DNA of 33,164 nucleotides from Candidatus Pelagibacterales bacterium (GTDB lineage Bacteria > Pseudomonadota > Alphaproteobacteria > Pelagibacterales > Pelagibacteraceae): the NCBI GenBank assembly GCA_016882185.1, contig VHCC01000001.1, positions 1 through 33,164 on the forward strand, written 5' to 3'. Positions within the stretch are counted from its first letter, which is position 1. Each line of letters opens with the position of its first letter. Shown in pieces: positions 25,818 to 33,164 of the stretch. A program made the translations under genes and the position numbers. The notes below the pieces were generated by a model. The model saw only the letters and a program-made list of their open reading frames with translations. It was not told where the DNA came from and searched no databases.

Positions 25818-26465
25818 ATGAGAAAGATCTGTGAATGGAGTAAATGCAAAGAGTTGGCTTCTGGTCAGGGTCTTATAAAAAAAGATATTAATAAACAATA
25901 TAAGTGGTTTTGTGGTGATCATCTAAAAATACATAATAAGACTAACGACAATTCATGCGATTGGAAAAGATGTAGGCAACCTGGCGAGTTTAAAGCTCCA
26001 TCTAAAACAGCAGGAGAGTACAAATGGTTTTGTTCGGAACATATAAAAATTTACAATCACGATTGGGATTTTTTCTCTGAAATGTCACAAGATAAAATTG
26101 AAGAGTTTATTCATTCAGATATTACTTGGCATAAACCAACTTCTAAACTTGGATCAAAGGATAATTTCTTTAATAAAGTTTGGAGGAATATTTTAGAAGA
26201 GCAAGATATTTTTCCTGCTGATTATTTTAAACAATTTGAAAAAAAAACAATTTATAGTTCAAAAGAAATAGAAGCTTTAAAAAAATTAGATTTAAAAAGT
26301 AATGTAAAATGGAGCGAAATTAGAGAGCAATTTAAAAAACTTGTAAAAAAATACCACCCAGATACAAATTCTGGTGATAAAAAATTTGAAAATAAATTAA
26401 AAGAAATAACTATCGCTTATACTCTTTTAAGGAATAATCAAAAAAACGTTAATCATGGACAATAA
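25818..26465 (+). CDS. J-domain (DnaJ-like) protein with N-terminal zinc-finger-like repeats
   Basis: C-terminal J domain with KKYHPD; two N-terminal C-x4-C...WFC-x2-H units. Confidence 0.88.
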   Translation: MRKICEWSKCKELASGQGLIKKDINKQYKWFCGDHLKIHNKTNDNSCDWKRCRQPGEFKAPSKTAGEYKWFCSEHIKIYNHDWDFFSEMSQDKIEEFIHSDITWHKPTSKLGSKDNFFNKVWRNILEEQDIFPADYFKQFEKKTIYSSKEIEALKKLDLKSNVKWSEIREQFKKLVKKYHPDTNSGDKKFENKLKEITIAYTLLRNNQKNVNHGQ

Positions 26466-27450
26466 TATTTTTGAAAATACTACTGATATAAAAATTTCTG
26501 TTAAACAAACCTTTAATATTGAAACAGATATGACTGTTGAAGGTTTCTCCAAAAAAAATCAATTTGTTCCTGAGTTGGATAATGCTTATAAATTTGATCG
26601 CGATACTACTCTTGCGATTCTTGCCGGTTTTGTTTTCAATAAAAGAGTTTTAATTCAAGGTTTTCACGGAACAGGAAAATCAACACATATTGAACAAGTT
26701 GCGGCAAGATTAAATTGGCCCTGCATAAGAGTAAATTTGGACAGTCACATTAGTAGAATTGATCTTTTGGGAAAAGATGCAATCGTAATAAAAGATAATA
26801 AACAAGTTACTGAATTTAGAGAGGGTATCTTGCCTTGGGCACTACAAAATCCTGTGGCGCTAGTATTTGATGAATATGATGCTGGCAGACCTGATGTTAT
26901 GTTTGTAATTCAAAGATTGCTTGAAAGTGAAGGAAAATTAACTTTGCTCGATAAAAATAAAGTAATTAAACAAAATAAATATTTTAGATTATTTGCAACT
27001 GCCAATACCATTGGTCTTGGGGACACTTCAGGACTTTATCACGGGACACAGCAAATTAATCAGGGACAAATGGATAGATGGAATATTGTAACCACTCTTA
27101 ATTACCTAAAACAAGAAAATGAACTTGAAATCATATTATCTAAATGCCCTCATCTAAATAATGCAGATGGAAAAAAAATCGCTCAAAAGATGATACAGGT
27201 TGCTGATTTAACAAGATCTGGCCTTGCTAATGGGGATATTTCAACGGTAATGAGTCCAAGAACAGTAATGACATGGGCAGATAATTATAAAATTTTTAAC
27301 GATATTGGTTATTCTTTTAGAATATCATTTTTAAATCGCTGTGATGAATTGGAAAGAACGATTATTGGAGAATATTTTCAAAGATGCTTTGCTAAAGAAC
27401 TCACAGAAACATCAGAAAGTGTAAAAATAAATCTTAAAAATGGAAAATGA
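26455..27450 (+). CDS. cobS: CobS-like AAA+ ATPase (cobaltochelatase subunit family, MoxR-related)
   Basis: Motifs [39 protein letters not shown] and MSPRTV. Confidence 0.92.
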   Translation: MDNNIFENTTDIKISVKQTFNIETDMTVEGFSKKNQFVPELDNAYKFDRDTTLAILAGFVFNKRVLIQGFHGTGKSTHIEQVAARLNWPCIRVNLDSHISRIDLLGKDAIVIKDNKQVTEFREGILPWALQNPVALVFDEYDAGRPDVMFVIQRLLESEGKLTLLDKNKVIKQNKYFRLFATANTIGLGDTSGLYHGTQQINQGQMDRWNIVTTLNYLKQENELEIILSKCPHLNNADGKKIAQKMIQVADLTRSGLANGDISTVMSPRTVMTWADNYKIFNDIGYSFRISFLNRCDELERTIIGEYFQRCFAKELTETSESVKINLKNGK

Positions 27451-29230
27451 AAAACAGGCTGAAAATTTCAAAATAGCCATCTCATCAACCATTAAAGCAT
27501 TAACAAAAAAACAAGATCTTAATATTTTATTTTCAGATAACCCCTCTAAGGAAGGCAACATTATTAACCTTCCAAAAATTAATCCTGAGACCACGGATGA
27601 ATATCAAACTATTAGGGCTCTTGCAGATACCGAAGCTTTAAAAATAAAATATAGCAATTTAGAAATTTCGAAAAAATTTGAACCGCGAGGTATGATTGCA
27701 AAAAATATTTATAAGAGTGCTGAAAAAACTCGTTATGAAAAATTAGGCGCAGAAAACTTTGCAGGAATAAATTTAAATTTTAAAAATTATTATCAAAATA
27801 AATTCAAAGAACAAAGTGATGATGTGTATAATAATATTGAAAAAGCTTTTGATATTATTCTAGCAAATCACTTACTAAATTTAGAATTAAATCTTGAAGA
27901 AAAGAAAAGTCTAAAAAATTGGAGCAGAATAATTGATGAAAAGATAAAAGATAAATTAGACTTATTAAAAAAAAATATTTCTCATCAAGAAAAGTTTTCT
28001 AGCATTTTAAATACTATTATTGAAAATTTAAAATTAGATGAAAAATTAAGTCCCAATGAAAACGAAAGTAATAATGAAGAAAAAAATGAAAATAAACTTA
28101 AAGATCAAAATGATAATGAAATTAATCAAGATAAAAATTCAAACAAACAAGATTTTAATATTGAAAGCATAATTCCTGATGTTGAGATTGATGCAAATCA
28201 AAATGAACACGAAACCTTAATAGAAGATGACAATAATTCAAATGATGAGATTAAATCATCTAACTTTAAAAAAAATAATAGCGAAATTAAATATAAAATT
28301 TTTACAAATAAATTTGATAAAATTATTAATGCTGAAGAAATGGTTGATCCAAATGAAATGGTTAAGTTCAGAGAAAATTTAGATAATCAGTTAAAATCTT
28401 TTCATAACTTCATTTCAAGACTAGCAAATAAATTACAAAGAAAATTACTTGCATTTCAAAATAGGTCTTGGGAATTTGATCTTGAAGAAGGAATGCTTGA
28501 TACGGCAAAACTTACCCGAGTGATTATTGATCCACACAACTCTCTTTCTTATAAAAAAGAAAAAAATACAATTTTTAAAGATACGGTAGTAACGTTATTA
28601 ATTGATAATTCTGGATCGATGCGTGGTCGTCCCATCTCCATCGCTGCTATCTGCGCTGATATTTTATCCCGAACATTAGAAAGATGTTCGGTAAAAGTTG
28701 AGGTATTGGGATTTACAACTTTAAATTGGAAAGGCGGCAAAAGTCGGGAGCTTTGGTTAAAAAATAAAATGAATAATCCTGGAAGATTAAATGATCTATC
28801 TCATATTATTTATAAATCCGCTGACACACCATGGAGGAGAGGAAAGAATAATTTAGGACTTATGTTAAAAGAGGGAATTTTAAAAGAGAATATTGATGGA
28901 GAAGCAATCTTATGGGCTTATCAAAGATTAAAAAAAAGAAGTGAAGAGAGAAAAATCTTAATGGTGATCTCCGATGGAGCTCCTGTGGACGACTCAACAC
29001 TTTCTGTAAATCCAGGAAACTACTTAGAAAAACATTTAAAAAATATAGTAAAATGGATTGAAAATAAAAATGATGTTGAAATTAATGCTATTGGAATTGG
29101 TCACGATGTTACCAACTATTACAGTAAAGCTTTAAAAATTGCAGATGTACAAGAATTAGGGGATGCTTTGATTGATCAACTGGCAGATCTATTTATTGAA
29201 AAAACAAAAAATAAAAAGACGATTAATTAA
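27440..29230 (+). CDS. cobT: CobT-like vWA-domain protein
   Basis: [38 protein letters not shown] and [11 protein letters not shown], with an Asn/Glu-rich linker. Confidence 0.9.
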   Translation: MENEKQAENFKIAISSTIKALTKKQDLNILFSDNPSKEGNIINLPKINPETTDEYQTIRALADTEALKIKYSNLEISKKFEPRGMIAKNIYKSAEKTRYEKLGAENFAGINLNFKNYYQNKFKEQSDDVYNNIEKAFDIILANHLLNLELNLEEKKSLKNWSRIIDEKIKDKLDLLKKNISHQEKFSSILNTIIENLKLDEKLSPNENESNNEEKNENKLKDQNDNEINQDKNSNKQDFNIESIIPDVEIDANQNEHETLIEDDNNSNDEIKSSNFKKNNSEIKYKIFTNKFDKIINAEEMVDPNEMVKFRENLDNQLKSFHNFISRLANKLQRKLLAFQNRSWEFDLEEGMLDTAKLTRVIIDPHNSLSYKKEKNTIFKDTVVTLLIDNSGSMRGRPISIAAICADILSRTLERCSVKVEVLGFTTLNWKGGKSRELWLKNKMNNPGRLNDLSHIIYKSADTPWRRGKNNLGLMLKEGILKENIDGEAILWAYQRLKKRSEERKILMVISDGAPVDDSTLSVNPGNYLEKHLKNIVKWIENKNDVEINAIGIGHDVTNYYSKALKIADVQELGDALIDQLADLFIEKTKNKKTIN

Positions 29231-29771
29231 ATTTAGCAATTAAGATTTTAAAAGGTAATAGCATAATAAAAGCAAAAATTAATTTTATAGTCAAATCTCC
29301 AATCGCTAACATTATCCATGAAGAATCTGTTCCATAAAAAGCTATACCAAAAAATACTACTGTATCTAAAAAAGAGCTAAAAATTGAAGAAATAAGAGGC
29401 GGTATAAACCATGATCTATTTCTTAATATATTGAACAAAAAAATATCTAAAAATTGTCCTGCTAAAAAAGCAGTTGCTGATGCAAAAACAATTCTTAAAA
29501 TAATTAAATTGAAGTCTTCAAAAGTTAGAATAAAAGAAAAAGTAATTCCAGATAGAAATCCATAAATAACTGTTTTTTTGGCAAAATCCTTTCCATAAAA
29601 TCTATTTGCAAGGTCAGTAATTAAAAAAGTAATTGGATATGAAAAAGCACCCCAGGTTAAAACTTCATTAAGTCCTAAATAGTTAAATTGAAATTGAACT
29701 AAATAATTTGATAAACAAATGATCGCAGCCATAAAGGCCGAATATAAAAATATATTTTTTGAATGAACCAA
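29223..29771 (-). CDS. yhhQ: Queuosine precursor transporter (YhhQ/Vut_1 family)
   Basis: Motifs [39 protein letters not shown] and DTVVFF. Confidence 0.85.
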   Translation of the reverse strand: MVHSKNIFLYSAFMAAIICLSNYLVQFQFNYLGLNEVLTWGAFSYPITFLITDLANRFYGKDFAKKTVIYGFLSGITFSFILTFEDFNLIILRIVFASATAFLAGQFLDIFLFNILRNRSWFIPPLISSIFSSFLDTVVFFGIAFYGTDSSWIMLAIGDLTIKLIFAFIMLLPFKILIAKFN

Positions 29772-29776
29772 GAAAA

Positions 29777-30118
29777 CTAATTAACTTTAACTTTTGTTTC
29801 TTTTTTTGGTTTAATTTCTTTCTTTATTTTTTTAACGTGGGGGACGATAGTTAATAATAATTTTCTTATTTTTTTAACTCGAGGAGATAAATTCTTATTT
29901 TTTGCTCTTAATAAAAATTCATCGATACCTCCTCTAAAATCAACAGCTTTAATTGCTCTTGTACAAATTTTAATACGAATATCGCGATTTAATTTTTCGC
30001 TTTTAAAAGAAACTTTTTTTAAGTTTGGAAAAAATCTTCTTTTAGTTTTATTATTAGCATGGCTGACGTTATGACCAGTTTGTGGTCGCTTGCCTGTCAG
30101 TTCACAAAGTTTGGACAT
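29777..30118 (-). CDS. rpmB: 50S ribosomal protein L28
   Basis: MSKLCELTGKRPQTGHNVSHANNKTKRRFFPNL; GGAG Shine-Dalgarno upstream. Confidence 0.96.
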   Translation of the reverse strand: MSKLCELTGKRPQTGHNVSHANNKTKRRFFPNLKKVSFKSEKLNRDIRIKICTRAIKAVDFRGGIDEFLLRAKNKNLSPRVKKIRKLLLTIVPHVKKIKKEIKPKKETKVKVN

Positions 30119-30135
30119 ATTTTCTCCTGCAAGGG

Positions 30136-30164
30136 ATATAGTTAGATGATGAATTTACGTCAAG
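30136..30164 (-). promoter_or_regulatory. Sigma70 promoter of rpmB-yhhQ
   Basis: The minus strand reads CTTGAC-N17-CTATAT, an exact match to the alphaproteobacterial housekeeping consensus. Confidence 0.7.
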
Positions 30165-30254
30165 ATATATCTTATAAATCCTAAGTTATTTGCTGCAATT
30201 GATTTCTTGTTTTTACAAGATTAGTCCAATAATTATTAATTAAACTAAAATTTC

Positions 30255-31313
30255 ATGCTTCAAGTTTACCTGCCTATTGTAGAGGTTCATGTTAATATTT
30301 TATACCTGCTGTTGATCAGTGGTTTTATAGGTTTTTTAAGTGGATTGCTTGGCATTGGTGGGGGTTTTTTAATGACTCCTGTGCTAATTTTTTTTGGCAT
30401 TCCGCCAATGCACGCGATAGCAAATGGATCTAATAATATTTTAGCATCTTCTGTTTCTGGAACATTTGCACACTGGTATAAAAAACAAGTCGATATAAAA
30501 ATGGGACTTTATATCTTAATTGGTGGTTTCTTTGGTGCAACAATAGGAATTTATTTTGTAAAATTATTAATTCAAATAGGAAAAATAAATACCATAACTT
30601 CAGTTTTGTATTTTGTTTTATTAACTGGTTTTGGACTTTTGATGTTTATCGAAAGCTTATCTGAATTAAGAAGAATAAAGAGTAAAAAATTTATAAAACG
30701 TAAATTCCATAAACATACATGGATTCATGGCCTTCCTTTCAAAGTAAGATTGAATTCTTCAAGACTTTATATCAGTATTATCCCACCAATATTTTTTGGT
30801 TTTTTGATTGGAATTATTTCATCTATGATGGGTGTTGGTGGAGCCTTTATTTTAATTCCAGTAATGATTTATATTCTTGGCATGCCATCTAAACTTGTTC
30901 CAGGAACATCTTTATTTGTGATGATTTTTGTAATGGCATTTGTGACTTTTTTTCATGCAATAACTAATCACAACATAGATTTAATTTTAGTATCCATTCT
31001 GATGATTGGATCTGTGATTGGGGTGCAATTTGGAACAAGACTTGGCATGAATTTAAAAAATGAAGAACTTAGAATTTTAATGTCAGTTATCATTATTATT
31101 TTTGGATTGAAATTTGCTTATTCATTATTTGTAGAGGAGCTAAAATTTAAAATCTTTAGAAAAATTGAAAGTCAGGATCAGCTTAATTTTTTCCAAGATT
31201 TTATTTACCAATTTGTAAATACTAGCCCAATCCTTTATGCATTGACTGCTGTGGGTCTAGCTTTGCTCATTGGGTATTTCAGTTCTTTTATTTTTAAAAA
31301 GCTACAATATTAA
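30255..31313 (+). CDS. TauE/SafE sulfite-exporter family protein with C-terminal extension
   Basis: Motifs MLQVYLPIVE, GLLGIGGGFLMTP, MGVGGAFILIP and GTSLF. Confidence 0.88.
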   Translation: MLQVYLPIVEVHVNILYLLLISGFIGFLSGLLGIGGGFLMTPVLIFFGIPPMHAIANGSNNILASSVSGTFAHWYKKQVDIKMGLYILIGGFFGATIGIYFVKLLIQIGKINTITSVLYFVLLTGFGLLMFIESLSELRRIKSKKFIKRKFHKHTWIHGLPFKVRLNSSRLYISIIPPIFFGFLIGIISSMMGVGGAFILIPVMIYILGMPSKLVPGTSLFVMIFVMAFVTFFHAITNHNIDLILVSILMIGSVIGVQFGTRLGMNLKNEELRILMSVIIIIFGLKFAYSLFVEELKFKIFRKIESQDQLNFFQDFIYQFVNTSPILYALTAVGLALLIGYFSSFIFKKLQY

Positions 31314-31314
31314 T

Positions 31315-31758
31315 ATGGATAAAAAAAAATTAGCTACAATATTAGGATATCTTGGTCTCATTCCTTTTTTTTCACTTACTTTAATTTTTTTTATCTCAAA
31401 TTTTAATAACTACGTTATCGATGTATATTTATTTTATGGGAATATTATTTTAGCTTTCATATGCGGAAGTCAATGGAGCAAAATTTTAAATAGCAACATT
31501 CTTGATAATAGAAGTTTATTATTAACCTTAAGTGTTTGTATTCCGGTTTTTTCTTTTATTTTAGATTTTTTTTCAAACCAAGATATAAAAATTGCAATCC
31601 ACATTATCTTATTTTTTGTAATTAATTTAATTGATAAAAAAATATTTTATGAACCTAATAATCTTTGGTATTTGAGTCTTAGAAAAAGATTAACTTTTTT
31701 AGTTATATTAACTTTGGTAATTAACTTGTTCGCTATCAACTCCTACCGCTTCTTGTAA
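31315..31758 (+). CDS. DUF3429-like membrane protein
   Basis: Motifs LGYLGLIPF, YGNIILAFICGSQW and WYLSLRKRLT. The ATG at 31315 is preferred over the track's 31270 start. Confidence 0.78.
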   Translation: MDKKKLATILGYLGLIPFFSLTLIFFISNFNNYVIDVYLFYGNIILAFICGSQWSKILNSNILDNRSLLLTLSVCIPVFSFILDFFSNQDIKIAIHIILFFVINLIDKKIFYEPNNLWYLSLRKRLTFLVILTLVINLFAINSYRFL

Positions 31759-32772
31759 AGATGAAAATCCATCTTTTTTTAAAAGCTTAGCTAATTCATT
31801 TTTGATAGTTTTTACAATAAAGGGACCTTTGTAAACTAAACCTGTATAAAGCTGCAATAAAGAGGCCCCTGCTCGTATTTTTTCATAAGCCGTAGCTCCT
31901 GAACTTACTCCACCTACTCCAATTATTGGAATTTTATTTTTAATAATCTTAAAAAATTTTTTAATAATTAAATTTGAAGTTTCATTGATGGGCGCTCCTG
32001 ATAAACCGCCTATTTCATTCTTTTTATCACTTACTAAATTTTCTCTTAACTTAATCGATGTATTTGTTAATACCAATCCGTCCAAATTGAATTCTAAAAT
32101 ATTTTTGCAAATTATATTTATATCACCATCGTTAATATCAGGGGATATTTTTAAAACGACTGGCGTTTTACTATCTAAAATTTTTTTTATTTCCAAAATT
32201 TCACTTAGTAATTTTTTTAAATTTTCTTGATCATGAAAATTTCTTAAATTTTCAGTATTAGGTGATGAAATATTTATACATATATAGCTACATAAATTAT
32301 GAAAATTTTTAAAACATTCCACATAATCGTCAATACGCGAGACACTATCTTTATTAGGCCCTATATTAATTCCTAAAATTCCTTCAACTTTCTTTGACTC
32401 AACTCTACTTTTTATTTTGTGCAAACCCTCATTCGGAAATCCTAAGCGATTAATAATTGCCTCATCTTCATTTAATCTAAAAACTCTTGGCTTTAAATTT
32501 CCTTCTTGCGCTTTAGGGGTAATGGTTCCAACTTCTGCAAAACCAAATCCGAGTGCGAGCATTTTATCATATACTTCGGCATTTTTATCAAATCCTGCTG
32601 CTAGACCTATAGGATTTGAAAATTTTTTTCCTAAAACGTTAATTTTTAAAATTTCATCGTCCTTTGAAGAAAAAATTGGAATATAAATGTTTTTTAAAAA
32701 TTGAATGGCTAGTGAGTGAGCGAGTTCAGGATCAAATTTATTAATGAAAGAATTAATAATCTGATAATTCAT
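31708..32772 (-). CDS. pyrD: Quinone-dependent dihydroorotate dehydrogenase (class 2)
   Basis: Motifs DPELAH, NPIGLAAGFDKN, INRLGFPN, NISSPNT, LKISPD, GGLSG and QLYTG. Confidence 0.96.
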   Translation of the reverse strand: MNYQIINSFINKFDPELAHSLAIQFLKNIYIPIFSSKDDEILKINVLGKKFSNPIGLAAGFDKNAEVYDKMLALGFGFAEVGTITPKAQEGNLKPRVFRLNEDEAIINRLGFPNEGLHKIKSRVESKKVEGILGINIGPNKDSVSRIDDYVECFKNFHNLCSYICINISSPNTENLRNFHDQENLKKLLSEILEIKKILDSKTPVVLKISPDINDGDINIICKNILEFNLDGLVLTNTSIKLRENLVSDKKNEIGGLSGAPINETSNLIIKKFFKIIKNKIPIIGVGGVSSGATAYEKIRAGASLLQLYTGLVYKGPFIVKTIKNELAKLLKKDGFSSLQEAVGVDSEQVNYQS

Positions 32773-32780
32773 TTTTGTGA

Positions 32781-33164
32781 TTAATCATTTATAGACTTAT
32801 TAATTAAATTTACTGTTTCTTTAATACCATAAAAACTTATAAATGATCCCATTCTAGGACCTTGTTCATCTCCAAAAAGTACTTCATAAATCATTTTAAA
32901 CCACTCCCTTAATCTCTCTTTCGAATAATGCGTTTTTCCAACTGAATAAACTATAGTTTGTATCTCTTCTGGTTGAAGATTTGGGCTCATTTTTGAAATT
33001 TGTTCAGCAAGATCTTGTAAAGCTTTTTTTTCTACTAAGTCGGGTTTTCTAAATTTTTTATTTACTTTTACAACATCATTAAAATAATTAATTGCATTTA
33101 TGATTAATTTTCTAAGGATTGGATGTTTTTCTACAACTAAATTTGAATTAAAGTTCTTAATAAA
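32781..33164 (-). CDS. lysS: Class I lysyl-tRNA synthetase, C-terminal part (starts beyond the window)
   Basis: The frame is open from the right edge: ...AINYFNDVVK...EEIQTIVYSVGK...LREWFKMIYEVLFGDEQGPRMGSFI, the class I LysRS anticodon-binding domain. Confidence 0.9.
   Translation of the reverse strand, partial: FIKNFNSNLVVEKHPILRKLIINAINYFNDVVKVNKKFRKPDLVEKKALQDLAEQISKMSPNLQPEEIQTIVYSVGKTHYSKERLREWFKMIYEVLFGDEQGPRMGSFISFYGIKETVNLINKSIND

Noticed and set aside
28050-28290. Asn/Glu/Asp-rich low-complexity stretch in cobT as a repeat element
   Set aside because: It corresponds to the acidic linker typical of CobT; there is no discrete repeat unit.
29777-29850. Lys-rich C-terminal extension on L28
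   Set aside because: Basic tails on ribosomal proteins are common in low-GC alphaproteobacteria.
30162-30220. Palindromes AAGATATATCTT (30162-30173) and TCTTGT-N4-ACAAGA (30205-30220) between rpmB and tauE
   Set aside because: Short and AT-rich, with no second copy noticed and no recognisable regulator motif.
4371-32686. Short alternative-frame or antisense ORFs in the track (4371, 5059, 6784, 7151, 10421, 15197, 16401, 17141, 17178, 17877, 20458, 24053, 24582, 27412, 28549, 31985, 32417)
   Set aside because: All lie within well-supported genes and show no recognisable motifs; they are shadow ORFs.
1-33164. tRNA, rRNA, CRISPR array, IS element, riboswitch, or phase-variable homopolymer tracts
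   Set aside because: Intergenic gaps are short and AT-rich, with no cloverleaf, repeat-spacer or transposase signal. A/T runs are expected at this composition and the frames are intact. An Rfam or tRNAscan run would be needed to be certain.

Overview
A very AT-rich, densely packed chromosomal segment of a streamlined alphaproteobacterium. Gene content and order look like Pelagibacterales (SAR11); Kup and malate synthase A hint at a freshwater or brackish lineage such as LD12/Fonsibacter (inference). The left half (about 0.3-17 kb, between clpB and argJ) holds small membrane proteins and transport or homeostasis genes: dat, cybB, lrgAB, azlCD, kup, glnK-amtB, an Fe(III) ABC transporter and mbfA. 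The right half is core: argJ, secA, accA, aceB, aroK-aroB, bolA, J-domain protein-cobS-cobT, yhhQ, rpmB, a TauE exporter, pyrD and partial class I lysS. I saw no tRNA, rRNA, CRISPR, IS or prophage. The best candidate for an undescribed system is a compact nitrogen-regulatory module: an 85-aa LysR protein with no effector domain sits just upstream of glnK-amtB, and a 15/18-identical T-N11-A box lies in front of both its own gene and glnK. Other oddities are AccA with a C-terminal membrane anchor, a TauE apparently fused to the tail of a lost neighbour gene, a J protein with a duplicated zinc finger, a Cys-rich mini-protein with possible nested metal sites, aceB in the usual xerD position, and two small membrane-protein ORFs missing from the supplied track. 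All family assignments come from motif recognition, not database searches.
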